Virus record (IMG/VR): IMGVR_UViG_3300031772_002739
Location: 9,466 to 73,465 of that record
Strand: one strand, 5' to 3'
Origin: a virus
DNA: 64,000 nucleotides
In this document: piece by piece, positions 9,387 to 20,375 of the stretch
Layout: every line of letters begins with the position of its first letter
Numbering within the stretch: the stretch's first letter is position 1
Notes under the pieces: model-generated
The model's input: the letters and a program-made list of their open reading frames with translations, nothing else
Database searches by the model: none
Told to the model about the DNA's origin: nothing
Made by a program: the position numbers and the translations under genes

Positions 9387-10235
9387 ATGTCTGATAATAC
9401 AGTTAAAATCCGGCGCTCTCCAACTGCTGAAGAAGTTGTAGTTCAACTACAACCAGTTAAACAAGAAGAGAAGTATCCCACTGAACATGTTCCCCTTCCT
9501 ACCAAGGGTCATTTTTATCCCCTCGACCATCTATTGTCAATAGGAACGATAGAGATCAAACAAATGACAGCCAGAGAAGAAGATGTTCTCGCTAATCAGG
9601 AACTTCTTCGTAAGGGAACAGTGTTAGATGTTCTTTTATCGTCTCTTATTGTTGATAAATCCATCAACGTTAAAGACATTTTGATTGTGGATAAAAATGC
9701 CATAATGATCGCTATTCGTCGTTTAGCTTATGGAGACGATTATCCAATTTCCGTGTCATGTCCTCAATGTGATGTTAAAAATCAAGTGGTTATAAATCTT
9801 GGAAATATTGAAAATAAACCTTTTGATCTTGAAGGTGTTCAGAAAGGTGAAAATTCGTTCGCATTCAAGTTACCAAATTCCAAAAAAACTATCACCTATA
9901 AACTTCTCAATCAACACGACGATGATTCTATTACAACCGAGCTAAACAATCAAAAAAAGATTTCAAAAGATGCTCCGTCAAGAGAACTCACCACGAGGTT
10001 GAAATATCTTATCACATCAGTTGATGGTACCACCGACAAGGCTTATATTCGTAAGTTTGTTGATGAAGAATTGATGGCTAACGATTCTCTGGCGCTACGA
10101 ACACATTTTAGAGATCACAATCCTGATATTGATATGTCGTTTGATTTTACGTGCCATCAATGTAGTTATGAGAGGAGGTTAGGAATCCCTCTGGGAATGT
10201 CCTTTCTATGGCCTGGCGTTGACGATGGAAGATAA
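9387..10235 (+). CDS. baseplate hub assembly / tail assembly chaperone (T4 gp26-like)
   Basis: LPTKGHFY, MTAREEDVL, RRLAYG..Y, two CxxC motifs, ends FLWP; located upstream of tape measure. Confidence 0.75.
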   Translation: MSDNTVKIRRSPTAEEVVVQLQPVKQEEKYPTEHVPLPTKGHFYPLDHLLSIGTIEIKQMTAREEDVLANQELLRKGTVLDVLLSSLIVDKSINVKDILIVDKNAIMIAIRRLAYGDDYPISVSCPQCDVKNQVVINLGNIENKPFDLEGVQKGENSFAFKLPNSKKTITYKLLNQHDDDSITTELNNQKKISKDAPSRELTTRLKYLITSVDGTTDKAYIRKFVDEELMANDSLALRTHFRDHNPDIDMSFDFTCHQCSYERRLGIPLGMSFLWPGVDDGR

Positions 10236-10443
10236 GATACGAATTCATAAAGAAATTTTTACGTTAGTATACAACTCCAACGGTGGTTTTACGCATGATG
10301 AGGTATATTTCATGCCCATCTATCTTCGATATTTTTATATTAAAATGTTGGTAGAACAAAAGAAAACAGAAGAACAACAATATAAAAACGCTGAAACTCC
10401 TGCAAGTTCCGGTCCTATTAAAAAACCTGTATTTAAGAAGTAA
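10219..10443 (+). CDS. small tail chaperone partner, possibly a frameshift extension of the upstream gene
   Basis: GGFTHDEVYFMPIYLRYFYI motif; overlaps upstream ORF in +1 frame. Confidence 0.7.
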   Translation: MTMEDKIRIHKEIFTLVYNSNGGFTHDEVYFMPIYLRYFYIKMLVEQKKTEEQQYKNAETPASSGPIKKPVFKK

Positions 10444-10515
10444 ATATCATTTCTGATTTTATAGTGTATTAACTATTTATATTTACAGAAGAATTATAAC
10501 CATTTTTAAGAATAT

Positions 10516-12900
10516 ATGGCCGATCCAAATCTAGCCCGACAATTAGAAACCGCTAAAGATGTAACTGCGGAATTGAACAATCAAGCCCGGCTGATGGAGT
10601 CTCAACTTAGAATGGCTGGAAATTTAAATGTTATACATGAGATTCGGAAAAAAATAGAAGAAAAATATCTTACTACAGAACAAATAGTTCAAAGTGTTCA
10701 AAATAGCATCACCAACAAGTTAATTAAAGTAGAAAAAATACAAAATGATATAAATAAAAGGTTATTGTCAGGAAGATCCACATCTGCTCAACAACTATTA
10801 ATAAATAAACGTATTGGAGAATTATTAAGTGATCAAAATAAACTTATAGAAGAACAAGCCAAGTTGAACGCCAAAATATCCCAACATAGAACCGCGGAAA
10901 TTTTGGGTCTTACCAAGTTTAAAGAAAAAGCCGAACAACTTAAAGCTGATTTCGGCGTAGGTGGCTGGTATTTAATGGGGTTGATGGCATCCGTAACTAT
11001 ATGGAAAAAGATATTTACGGTGTTTATGGCGATGGATGAATCGGCTGCTAAATTCCGTATGTCTATGGGATTTACCAGAGACGTTAGTTCTGCGTTTGAA
11101 AAAAATGTTAAAGAATCTGCTTTTCGCCTCGCTGCCGTAGGTGTGACCGCTGAAAAATTATATGATAGTATAAAGGCTATTGCAGATACAATGGGGTCTG
11201 CTCAATATTCTACTGCTGGTATAACGGAAGATATGGCATTGTTAAATTCTCAACTAGGAATATCTCAAGGTGTATCAGCTACTTTTAATAAATCGATGGC
11301 AATGGCCAGTCAAAGTACTATACAGGCTCAAAGTCATATGGCTCTTTTTGCAGTAGAGTTATCAAAAGCTGGAGGAACAAATCTAGGGGAAATAATGAAA
11401 GATGTGTCGGATGCATCTAAATCTTCATATTCTTATATATCTCGATCTCCTATCGCGTTAGTGAGAGCTGCTATAGAAGCTAGAAGGATGGGAACTAGTT
11501 TGGATTCAATAGTTAAATCTTCTCAATCGGTTTTGAATTTTACAGATTCTATTAACAAAGAAATGGAAGCTAGTGTTTTGTTGGGTAGATCTATTAACCT
11601 TCAAAGAATGCGAGAATATGCATTCGTCAAAGATGCTGAAGGAGTTAATAGAGAAATATTAAAAATAGCTAAAGAAACCAATTTTGAAAGATTGGACCCG
11701 TTTACTGCTGAAGCTGTGGCTTCTGCATTAGGGAAACAAGCAGGAGAAGTATCCGCAATACTTCAAACCGACAAACAAAGAATGGATTTAATAAGACGGG
11801 CAAGAGAAGACGAAAAGCTAGCTAAACAACTCAAGTTATACGAAAATATAAAAGAAGTTAATGAAGATATAGTAAAAAAAAGAGCGGAAGATGTAAGATA
11901 TCAGTTGATGACTCAAAATAATCAATCGAGAATACAGAGTATCAGCTTGGCATGGCAGGGTATACTTCAAAAAGTTGGCGAAGTTTATTTGCCTATTATC
12001 GATACTATACTTGGAAAAGTTTCTGGATGGTTATCTAAAATAAGTTTTGAAGGTCACGAATGGTTGAAATGGGTGTTAGGTGTTGGATCGGCTCTAGTTG
12101 TTGTTGGGACAATTATTACAGCTGTTTTAACCAAAATGTTGATTGGTCAACTCATTGGAAAGGCTGTAGGAAACGTCGCTAACGCAACGTTGACAGGAGT
12201 TTCTAAAGGCATATCATCAATGGCAGATCCAAAAGTTTTTGTTGGAATTGCGGCTATAGCATTACTTGGTTTTGCAATCAGACCGTTTGTCACATCAATG
12301 AAGATGCTGACCGGTCTTGATTGGAACAGTCTTGGTGTGGCTACCGCTGGGTTGATTATATTTACGGCCGCTGCTTTCGGTCTTGGTGCTCTATTAACAA
12401 CTGGAGCTGGAGCATTATTATTTGGCGCAGGATTATTGGGGATAGCCGGGCTTGGATTTTCTCTTCAACCTCTTGGAAAATCAGCGATGATGGCTGGTCA
12501 GGGTTTACAGATGTTAGGCGTAGGATTTACTGCAGTCGTAGATGGTTTTGATAGATTAAGTAAAATGTCTTTCGTTGGAGTGACCCTTGATATTATCAAT
12601 ATGACGGCAGCTATGGTTGATTTAGCTAAAGCCCTTAACCAAATACCAACTATGAATCTTGGTAAATTAGAAAATATAAACCTTAATATGGGAACGCCTG
12701 CTGGTGGTGTTGCGGCAGCAGAATTTAAAACTGCTCTGATTGACACGAATGCCAAATTGGATATACTAGCCAATAAACTAGATATTATAAGTAATAAAGA
12801 TACAAATTTGTATATGGATGGAGATAAAATGAATCAGGTTATGGATAGAAGTAATAGATTTTCAGCAGGCAGAGGAACCAACGACACACGAAAGAGATAA
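10516..12900 (+). CDS. tail tape measure protein
   Basis: 794 aa helical/coiled-coil with Ala/Gly-rich hydrophobic C-terminal repeats; position between chaperone and baseplate genes. Confidence 0.8.
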   Translation: MADPNLARQLETAKDVTAELNNQARLMESQLRMAGNLNVIHEIRKKIEEKYLTTEQIVQSVQNSITNKLIKVEKIQNDINKRLLSGRSTSAQQLLINKRIGELLSDQNKLIEEQAKLNAKISQHRTAEILGLTKFKEKAEQLKADFGVGGWYLMGLMASVTIWKKIFTVFMAMDESAAKFRMSMGFTRDVSSAFEKNVKESAFRLAAVGVTAEKLYDSIKAIADTMGSAQYSTAGITEDMALLNSQLGISQGVSATFNKSMAMASQSTIQAQSHMALFAVELSKAGGTNLGEIMKDVSDASKSSYSYISRSPIALVRAAIEARRMGTSLDSIVKSSQSVLNFTDSINKEMEASVLLGRSINLQRMREYAFVKDAEGVNREILKIAKETNFERLDPFTAEAVASALGKQAGEVSAILQTDKQRMDLIRRAREDEKLAKQLKLYENIKEVNEDIVKKRAEDVRYQLMTQNNQSRIQSISLAWQGILQKVGEVYLPIIDTILGKVSGWLSKISFEGHEWLKWVLGVGSALVVVGTIITAVLTKMLIGQLIGKAVGNVANATLTGVSKGISSMADPKVFVGIAAIALLGFAIRPFVTSMKMLTGLDWNSLGVATAGLIIFTAAAFGLGALLTTGAGALLFGAGLLGIAGLGFSLQPLGKSAMMAGQGLQMLGVGFTAVVDGFDRLSKMSFVGVTLDIINMTAAMVDLAKALNQIPTMNLGKLENINLNMGTPAGGVAAAEFKTALIDTNAKLDILANKLDIISNKDTNLYMDGDKMNQVMDRSNRFSAGRGTNDTRKR

Positions 12901-12903
12901 CGT

Positions 12904-15375
12904 ATGGGAAATGATAATAGAATAGATCAAATTGTTCCACTGCCTGGATTTCCTCCGTTGGTTAAGAATGTGCCGGCCAATTATCCAATGACTCCACAAC
13001 CAGGAAAAATTAGCCTTTTGTTTGAATATAACAAACAAAACATTTGGAGAAAATTTTCTCCGTATACGGAGGGTGACAATATTTTTGGTATATTCCCTAA
13101 TAAACAACCTTTTGTATGGAGATATATCGATGAAAAGAATAAATCTTTATTTGGTAACCTGCCCAACAGATTTAAGTCTTTCGAGTCTAGAGCTTTACCA
13201 ATTCGATCAACTACGGATGATCTAGTTCGAGTGGCCAAATTCTCCGTTTCTCCTCAAGGAATAATATTTTACGCTAAACAATTTGGTCTTCAATTATTAC
13301 AACCTTTTGACGAAACTCGGTTGTATAATCCTCTATCTCCGATTTTGGCAACGCTGAATCCGTTAACTTTAGGTCTCATTGGAAAACCCACCAGACATAT
13401 TGAATTAAGTCTTGGCGGCCTGCTAAACGCTGTAGGTTTGAGTGGTCTTAGCGCTGCTCTTTCAACTAGTATCATTGGGTCTAGTAAACTTTCTCAGGAA
13501 GCTCAAGGACAACATAAAGGAATACTTCGTGGTCATACAGCCGGACTGGCCTATTCATCGCTTCAAACAAAGTGGGCAACATCAACAGGCATAGGCGGAT
13601 TTTCAATGATGTCAATGATGAAAAATGCTGCCAAATCTTTGTTTTTCAGTATTGTTGGAATAGCATCGCCATCAAACAAGTATAGAGCCGATGAAAATAC
13701 AATGGAGTTAATGTATAACAATATAAGAGAAGTGTCCGTCAGAGGCGGCAGCTCTGTATTGTTTAGTTTTTTCCACCCTTGGTTCCCTGGTCGCCATAAT
13801 AACACAAATATGCCGAAGATGTCTCCATATCCTCAATCTACATGGTTGGGGGCGGTGGTTCCACTTTTTAGATTTGATACTCAGAATGAAAGAAATCAAG
13901 GAAAAATAAATGGAAAATCTGTGGGATACACAACAAGCGGTAACGGTGATAAATACGGAAATTATGTAGGTATGGCGCCGGACGGTGAATATACCGATTC
14001 GGATATGTTAGTTAATTATTCTAGATATTTAGATGAGAGAAATAACTATCTTAGTAAAATGACTCTTCCTCAAGATTCGGCGGTCAAAAGAGTCGATCAA
14101 AGTTTACAAAAATTATTAGATGGAATAAGAGACGCTGGGTATCAAGTTCAATTAGATGCAAATTCTCGTATATTATCTAATCCAGTTTCTAATGTAAAAG
14201 GATACGATAAAATAATCACCGCTACAAATTCCAATGGAGGTGTTCGTGGATCGTTAAGTGAATATAAATTTACAACAAAAACGTTGGATGTTAATGGAAA
14301 TAGGCACCCATTTACGTTTAAGTTTGCCTCTACTAATAAAACGGATGGTATAAATAGGCTGCCAGTATTAGATCAGGGAAGGTCAGTTCCTAAAGATGTT
14401 CAGTCGGAAATTCCTGGATGGGAAGTATGGAAACCGTATGAAGACGATTTGATTGCCTTTTTCTTTTATGATGTAGTTAATGAAAGATATATTCCATTCA
14501 GAGCCACAGTAAAAGGATTATCTGAAACGGTTACAGGCAATTGGGATGAGTTAAGGTTTATAGGTAGAGCGGATCAAATCTATACTTATAATGGATTTGT
14601 GAGAACGCTTTCATTTAGTTTCAACATAGTTATCGGTAGTATAAAAGAAATGTTCCCTACTTGGAATAAAATTAATTATATGTTAGGCTGTTTGTCTCCA
14701 TCGAGTTATACCACAGCTCAGGGAGCAGTATTTAACAGATTTATAGTGCCTCCAATGTTTATGCTCACTATAGGAGATTTGTATAAATATCAACCCATTA
14801 TTATGAAGTCTCTTATGCTTAATATTCCTGATGATGCTGCTTGGGAAACTTTGAATGAGAAAAATTCCGACGATTGGCATTATCTGAATAGAACTATTCA
14901 AGATGCTTCTTCAAGATATAAATATGCTCAATTGCCAAGAGAAGTTGAAATACAAATATCCTGCGATTTGTTGGAAAAAGAACGTCCTGTTGTTGGTGCT
15001 GCTCACTTTGGTCATGCTATATATGAAGATATTTATGGGAATCAAAATGAAAGAAGCGCTGAATCAGAACACAATCCAAGAGAAACGGAATTTGATAAAA
15101 GTTTAATTAAATATAATGATACTATGGAGCCGCCACGAGAAGCCAGTACTATTGGAAATAGGTCGAGGGCTAATAGATTGCCGGCTGGCACTGATAAAGT
15201 TGTAGAAGCTAAGAATTCAGTTCCTCCGGTAACATCTTTACCTACATCAGCTGGTGATATAGCTTCAAAATCTAGGGCAGTAAATTCTTTATCTGCTGGA
15301 CCAAACCAGTTAGGAACACAGGGTCAAGCCAAAGCAAATTTAGGTGCTAAAGGAGTGGCTGCTCTTGGGCAATAA
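12904..15375 (+). CDS. baseplate / tail-tube-initiator-like structural protein
   Basis: FRATVKGLSE..W..FIGRADQIYTYNGFVRTLSFSF..PP..LTIGDLY tube-fold-like C-terminal domain. Confidence 0.65.
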   Translation: MGNDNRIDQIVPLPGFPPLVKNVPANYPMTPQPGKISLLFEYNKQNIWRKFSPYTEGDNIFGIFPNKQPFVWRYIDEKNKSLFGNLPNRFKSFESRALPIRSTTDDLVRVAKFSVSPQGIIFYAKQFGLQLLQPFDETRLYNPLSPILATLNPLTLGLIGKPTRHIELSLGGLLNAVGLSGLSAALSTSIIGSSKLSQEAQGQHKGILRGHTAGLAYSSLQTKWATSTGIGGFSMMSMMKNAAKSLFFSIVGIASPSNKYRADENTMELMYNNIREVSVRGGSSVLFSFFHPWFPGRHNNTNMPKMSPYPQSTWLGAVVPLFRFDTQNERNQGKINGKSVGYTTSGNGDKYGNYVGMAPDGEYTDSDMLVNYSRYLDERNNYLSKMTLPQDSAVKRVDQSLQKLLDGIRDAGYQVQLDANSRILSNPVSNVKGYDKIITATNSNGGVRGSLSEYKFTTKTLDVNGNRHPFTFKFASTNKTDGINRLPVLDQGRSVPKDVQSEIPGWEVWKPYEDDLIAFFFYDVVNERYIPFRATVKGLSETVTGNWDELRFIGRADQIYTYNGFVRTLSFSFNIVIGSIKEMFPTWNKINYMLGCLSPSSYTTAQGAVFNRFIVPPMFMLTIGDLYKYQPIIMKSLMLNIPDDAAWETLNEKNSDDWHYLNRTIQDASSRYKYAQLPREVEIQISCDLLEKERPVVGAAHFGHAIYEDIYGNQNERSAESEHNPRETEFDKSLIKYNDTMEPPREASTIGNRSRANRLPAGTDKVVEAKNSVPPVTSLPTSAGDIASKSRAVNSLSAGPNQLGTQGQAKANLGAKGVAALGQ

Positions 15376-15378
15376 TTT

Positions 15379-15678
15379 ATGAAACGATACGAAAATATAT
15401 TAAAAGAAAAAAGATTTGATGGACAAAGAGTATATAAAACTACAAGATACCCAAATATATTGCCAAGGACCGAAGATATTATTTATATCTCTAACGACGG
15501 AGATTATTTAGATAGTTTATCGTATAAGTTTTACGGAGACCCAACTTTGTGGTGGATTGTCGCTTTAGCAAATAATTTGGGGCAGGGAAAAATGTCTGTA
15601 GAACCAGGTCTTCAATTAAGAATACCTGTTAATATAAACGAAATATTAAGCGATTATAGTGCGTTAAACACAGAATAA
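15379..15678 (+). CDS. LysM-type baseplate wedge protein (gp53-like)
   Basis: GDYLDSLSYKFYGDPTLWWIVALAN..GLQLRIP. Confidence 0.8.
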   Translation: MKRYENILKEKRFDGQRVYKTTRYPNILPRTEDIIYISNDGDYLDSLSYKFYGDPTLWWIVALANNLGQGKMSVEPGLQLRIPVNINEILSDYSALNTE

Positions 15679-15696
15679 ACATTATAAAGAAAAATT

Positions 15697-18300
15697 ATGC
15701 CCGCACCAATTGTACCATGGCAACCCGGAAATATTCCTTCGGAAATACAATCTGAGTTGAATCGTAGAAAGAAAAATAGGAGTTTCAATTATATTAATAA
15801 TGCTCAAGCGGGTTGGGATAAAGAATCTGGGGATTGGTTAAAATATAAAGGTCCAATAACTTCGTGGATACGAGTGTGTTCAAACAGTGCTGGGGATTTA
15901 ACAAAAGATGCTGCTGATCGAATTCCTAGATTTGTATTGCATGGCGGAAAAGGATTTTATCAAACATATGGATTTGAACAAAAATCAAACGGAATAGGAT
16001 ATCAACAAACCATTGGATATTCTCCTGATGGAAAAACTCCTCATATTATAGAAAATAATATTAAAACGAGTGATTATCCCATTCATGTTCCTTGTCCTGA
16101 AATTTCAAATCTTTCTGTTAAAGTTCAAAAAGAACGGTTTAGACGAGCCACTGTGGAGTGGGTCTGTTTTTCGTGGAAACAGTTGGAATATTTGACTCCA
16201 TATTTTTTGATTCCAGGACTCACAATATTAATTGAGTGGGGGTGGAATCATTTTAATCCTGAATCATTGGTGAAAATAAGTGATGTGGGTATATTAACTT
16301 CATATTGGGAAGATCCGTATCCATTGTATACAAATCATATTCTTAAATCAAAAGGAAATTATGATGTAATTTTTGGACTTGTTAGTAATTTTAATTGGTC
16401 GGTCGAGCGTGGTAACCGAATTATTTGTACAACAGAAATTACATCCAAAGACAGATTGTATGCCGGAATTATTAAAGATTCTACGTTAACAGTAAGAAAC
16501 CGATCACCAAAGGTGGATAAAGTTGGAAATATAACCGATTCATCTGAACCGGGGCTAGTAACATCTGTTCAAAGATTTTTCAAATCGTCGGATTCAGGAC
16601 AAAATTTTCTAGCATTAGCAAGAGAAGGTTCTTCATATCTCCCAGTAGAAAACAGAGGAAATAAGGATGTAGTAGTCCTTAGAGATATAGCTCAAAATGT
16701 TAAAGAAAAATTTAGATCGAAGAATGCTCTCACCAAAGATGAAATTCAATGGTTTTATTTAAAGGATTCATATTTAAGAGGCATTTTTGCTGGAAGAACT
16801 TGGCCTGGAAAACGAGGCTCCAAAGATTTTGATTTTGGGTTAAAATCGGATATAAAGAGGTTTTGGATTAACATGGGTTTGGTAGTAGAATTACTTAACT
16901 ATTTTTCTCAAAGAGAAAATACAAAAGACAAAGTAATGTTTGAAGTGGATATAACCAAAACTGTTATTTCTGCTCATCCAAATTTAATTTCGTGTAATCC
17001 AAACGTGCTAATCCCCAACGCACATGCTCCAAAATATCATTATGGAAGTGTGGGAATACAATCTACGGAAGGTACAATTGAAGAAAAAAATGATTATTTG
17101 AATCAATTGCCAGGAGAAAAAACCGATGGAACAAGATTAGCAGACGTTAAAGTAAGAAATGTATTTTATCATGGAGAAAATAAAAATGGAGGATGTTTTA
17201 GAAATAATCTGTCAACACCAATTAATTGGTATAGAATTAAAGATTTTGTTAAGTCAGATAAAACCCCCCCATTTACCACTGGAATTTTTTCGTTCCCATC
17301 TACATCAGACGAAACAATATTGGGGTCTGTCTTGGAAAAAGATTATTCCGGGTTACTTTCCAACATTTATATAAGTTATGAATCTTTAAAATCTATAGTC
17401 TTAAATTCGTCTATAGAAACTTATACGGAAATTTATCAAAAGATATTTGAAGTTGTAAATGGCGCTAGTGATAATTTCTGGGATTTAGCATTAGTAGAAA
17501 GCGATCAAGGAAAAATCGCCATCGCTGATAGAAATTATAATTCAAAGAGTAATCTCAATAGTGGAGAAACTGTATATTCTTTTGATTATTATGACGCAGA
17601 TAGCTTGATAAAAACTATAAAATTCACCCCCCAATTGTCAGATGCTCAGGCAACCAGAGCGATTTATGGAAGTGTGAATAATAAAGATGGAAAATATTCA
17701 AACCCAGACAGAAACGATTTGATAAATTTTCACTCAGAAGATGTTATATTATCAAAAAAGGCAATCGACGATACAAAAACTATAGAAGAAAATAATACAA
17801 AGTTAGATGAAAAAATAGATCAAGCGAGACAACAGCATAGAGAAATTATAAGAGGATTACAAACTGTAAATGAAGGAACATCAAAAGAAGAATCCCTTCA
17901 AATGACAATATATGGAGATAGCCCATTAATGTCCGTTCAACTCCCCAATATTAAACAAAATCCTAATTCGTTTGAAATTATGAAATTTGTTTTGCCTGAT
18001 TCTGAAATGTTAAGATTGATGTTGGATGATGGAGATGAAGAACGAAATCCGAGGTATTGTGCTATTCAACCAAATATTAATTTGGAATTGACGTTGCAGG
18101 GTATTGGCGGACTCAGAACATTTCAATATTTCTTTGTTCGTAATCTTCCATCTCCATATTCTTCAAACGATGTAATATTTAGAATTACCGACGTTCAACA
18201 TAGCGTTCAACAGGGAAGTTGGGAAACGGTTATTACAGCGGGGCTGCTTCCATCAAAAGCTTACATTAAGAAACGTTTGGGTATCAATAATATAAATTGA
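15697..18300 (+). CDS. large baseplate hub-like structural protein
   Basis: LEYL..YFLIPG.TILIEWGW; C-terminal LTLQGIGG..FRITDVQHSVQQGSWET. Confidence 0.6.
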   Translation: MPAPIVPWQPGNIPSEIQSELNRRKKNRSFNYINNAQAGWDKESGDWLKYKGPITSWIRVCSNSAGDLTKDAADRIPRFVLHGGKGFYQTYGFEQKSNGIGYQQTIGYSPDGKTPHIIENNIKTSDYPIHVPCPEISNLSVKVQKERFRRATVEWVCFSWKQLEYLTPYFLIPGLTILIEWGWNHFNPESLVKISDVGILTSYWEDPYPLYTNHILKSKGNYDVIFGLVSNFNWSVERGNRIICTTEITSKDRLYAGIIKDSTLTVRNRSPKVDKVGNITDSSEPGLVTSVQRFFKSSDSGQNFLALAREGSSYLPVENRGNKDVVVLRDIAQNVKEKFRSKNALTKDEIQWFYLKDSYLRGIFAGRTWPGKRGSKDFDFGLKSDIKRFWINMGLVVELLNYFSQRENTKDKVMFEVDITKTVISAHPNLISCNPNVLIPNAHAPKYHYGSVGIQSTEGTIEEKNDYLNQLPGEKTDGTRLADVKVRNVFYHGENKNGGCFRNNLSTPINWYRIKDFVKSDKTPPFTTGIFSFPSTSDETILGSVLEKDYSGLLSNIYISYESLKSIVLNSSIETYTEIYQKIFEVVNGASDNFWDLALVESDQGKIAIADRNYNSKSNLNSGETVYSFDYYDADSLIKTIKFTPQLSDAQATRAIYGSVNNKDGKYSNPDRNDLINFHSEDVILSKKAIDDTKTIEENNTKLDEKIDQARQQHREIIRGLQTVNEGTSKEESLQMTIYGDSPLMSVQLPNIKQNPNSFEIMKFVLPDSEMLRLMLDDGDEERNPRYCAIQPNINLELTLQGIGGLRTFQYFFVRNLPSPYSSNDVIFRITDVQHSVQQGSWETVITAGLLPSKAYIKKRLGINNIN

Positions 18301-18324
18301 CTTGTTGGGTTTCCGTTGTATCCT
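18297..18324 (+). promoter_or_regulatory. sigma70-like promoter, leaderless start of polymerase gene
   Basis: TTGACT-N16-TATCCT, 7 nt before ATG 18332. Confidence 0.55.
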
Positions 18325-18331
18325 ACGTTGA

Positions 18332-19678
18332 ATGATTGAAACCAAAGAAGACTATACTAGTTTTATAAATTCCACTGTGGATCATAGTTTGATTTTGCAT
18401 TTGGTTCTAGATTCTTCTTATATCCATCCGACAATTGATAATCCGTGTGTTGTGTTAATTAGAGATGTTATTTCTAAAAAAACGTATTGTATTTCTTTTG
18501 GTCATGAAGATTTGTTGGTAGTAGTTAACAAAGAAATGTTTATAAAATTCCTCAACGATCATAAACCACATAAATGGGCTTTTGATATGAAGTCGTTTAT
18601 TCAACATTTTTTAATAAATAATATTTATGATGCTAATCTGTTGATATTTTTATATAAAAACAAAATGGTTGAATTAGAAAGGTTTGAAACTTCAGTTCAC
18701 CAGTTTTTTAAACGGCAATACCCACAATCTAAATGTGTAAATAAATACATACCATTGATGAAACATATTGACACTTTTGATAAAATGTGTGAAGAGTTTT
18801 TAAAACACATTTCTGGTTGTGAGTGTGATATGGGGTTTAAGAAAGAAAATGAAGTAATTGTTAAAACGCTTTCACAAATCGAATCCAACGGAATTTGTGT
18901 AGATGAGAATTTGTTCGGTAGATTTTTTGATGCTCCTGTTTATGACGGCAAAGTGTATAGTAAATATAATATCTACACCCCCACAGGCCGCCCAAGTAAT
19001 CATTTTGATAAGGTGAACTACGCTGCGTTGAAAAAGGATGGTGGGAGTAGAAATTGTTTTATTTCAAGATTTGGATTGGATGGTAAAATGGTTTTAGTTG
19101 ATTATTCTGCTTTTCATCCACGTATTATTTGTTATTTGACCGATTTTGATATTGCTCCTGAAATCAATATTTACGAATATTTAGCTCAACTTTATTTTCA
19201 AAAAGAAGAAATTAACGATCAAGATTTAGATGATGCTAAAATTTTGACTTTTAAACAACTTTATGGTTGGGTGGAAGAGAAATATGAACATATTAAATAC
19301 TTTAAAAACTTAAAAGATTTTATAAATAGATATTGGCAAGATTTTATAAAAGACGGGTTTATAAAAACTCCATTATTTAAACGAATTATGATTAAAGATC
19401 ATGTTTCAGGAGCGAATCCAAGTAAGTTATTTAATTATGTATTACAGGCGACTGAAACCGAGTTGGGTGTAGGTATTTTACGGGAAATAAATACATATTT
19501 AAAGGGAAGACCAACCCTGCCTGTTCTGTATACCTACGATTCCATTCTTTTTGACTTTCATGTGTCAGATGGGGAACAAGTATTATCAGACATAATAAAA
19601 ATAATGACTTTGAATAATAAGTTTCCCGTTAAAGCTTATTCTGGAAAATCGTATGGTAATATGAATAGAATTTATTGA
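18332..19678 (+). CDS. compact family A DNA polymerase
   Basis: TPTGRPS, VDYSAFHPR (motif A), AKILTFKQLYG (motif B), YTYDSILFD (motif C). Confidence 0.8.
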   Translation: MIETKEDYTSFINSTVDHSLILHLVLDSSYIHPTIDNPCVVLIRDVISKKTYCISFGHEDLLVVVNKEMFIKFLNDHKPHKWAFDMKSFIQHFLINNIYDANLLIFLYKNKMVELERFETSVHQFFKRQYPQSKCVNKYIPLMKHIDTFDKMCEEFLKHISGCECDMGFKKENEVIVKTLSQIESNGICVDENLFGRFFDAPVYDGKVYSKYNIYTPTGRPSNHFDKVNYAALKKDGGSRNCFISRFGLDGKMVLVDYSAFHPRIICYLTDFDIAPEINIYEYLAQLYFQKEEINDQDLDDAKILTFKQLYGWVEEKYEHIKYFKNLKDFINRYWQDFIKDGFIKTPLFKRIMIKDHVSGANPSKLFNYVLQATETELGVGILREINTYLKGRPTLPVLYTYDSILFDFHVSDGEQVLSDIIKIMTLNNKFPVKAYSGKSYGNMNRIY

Positions 19679-19731
19679 AAAAAGGATATTTCATATATTC
19701 CAGTTATATTTATGATAAGAGTATAATAAAT

Positions 19732-20364
19732 ATGAATTTAATTGAAAAAATATTAAGTGATGTAAGTTTAGATCCAAAAGTTAAAAATGGAATGTTTAGT
19801 GTAGAAAATAACGATCATATGGATGTTCTTAGGTCTTATTTGGTAAAACGGGGTCTAAATGAGTGTGACGTAATAGAATTTTGTAATAGAGTCGTTGAAG
19901 GAAAATATCCTGAACGACAAGCGTTTAATACTAATGGTATTCTTGTTACGTTTCCTACCCCCGAATATAAACAACGAGCGCTTCAACGTGGGACTCACTT
20001 TGAAGAAGATCCATCAAAAAGAGAACCAAATGTGTTTGGTGCTCAACCAAAGGCTCCAGAGACTGCAGCCCAACAGAAACCTGCAGCGCCCGACGGCACT
20101 GTTACATCACCAAAAACAGATTTGCCACTATCTAAAGCTGAACCAGGCGACAAACCTGATTCACAACAACCGGTAACGACATCTGCTCCTGAAACAGTCC
20201 CACCTACAGAACTACCGCCACCAATACCAAAGTCGGATGCGGAACGAGAAGCGGATAAAAATCTAATCAAAAAAATACTGAGTAGACAAGATTCGGTTTT
20301 ACAAGAAGCGGTTACTTGGTTTGTAAAAAACGCTCCCATAGACGTATTAGATAAGTGCCGATGA
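19732..20364 (+). CDS. hypothetical protein with Pro-rich linker
   Basis: ORF; ATG 19732 follows ATATTTAT at 19706. Confidence 0.6.
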   Translation: MNLIEKILSDVSLDPKVKNGMFSVENNDHMDVLRSYLVKRGLNECDVIEFCNRVVEGKYPERQAFNTNGILVTFPTPEYKQRALQRGTHFEEDPSKREPNVFGAQPKAPETAAQQKPAAPDGTVTSPKTDLPLSKAEPGDKPDSQQPVTTSAPETVPPTELPPPIPKSDAEREADKNLIKKILSRQDSVLQEAVTWFVKNAPIDVLDKCR

Positions 20365-20375
20365 TGGGGATATTT

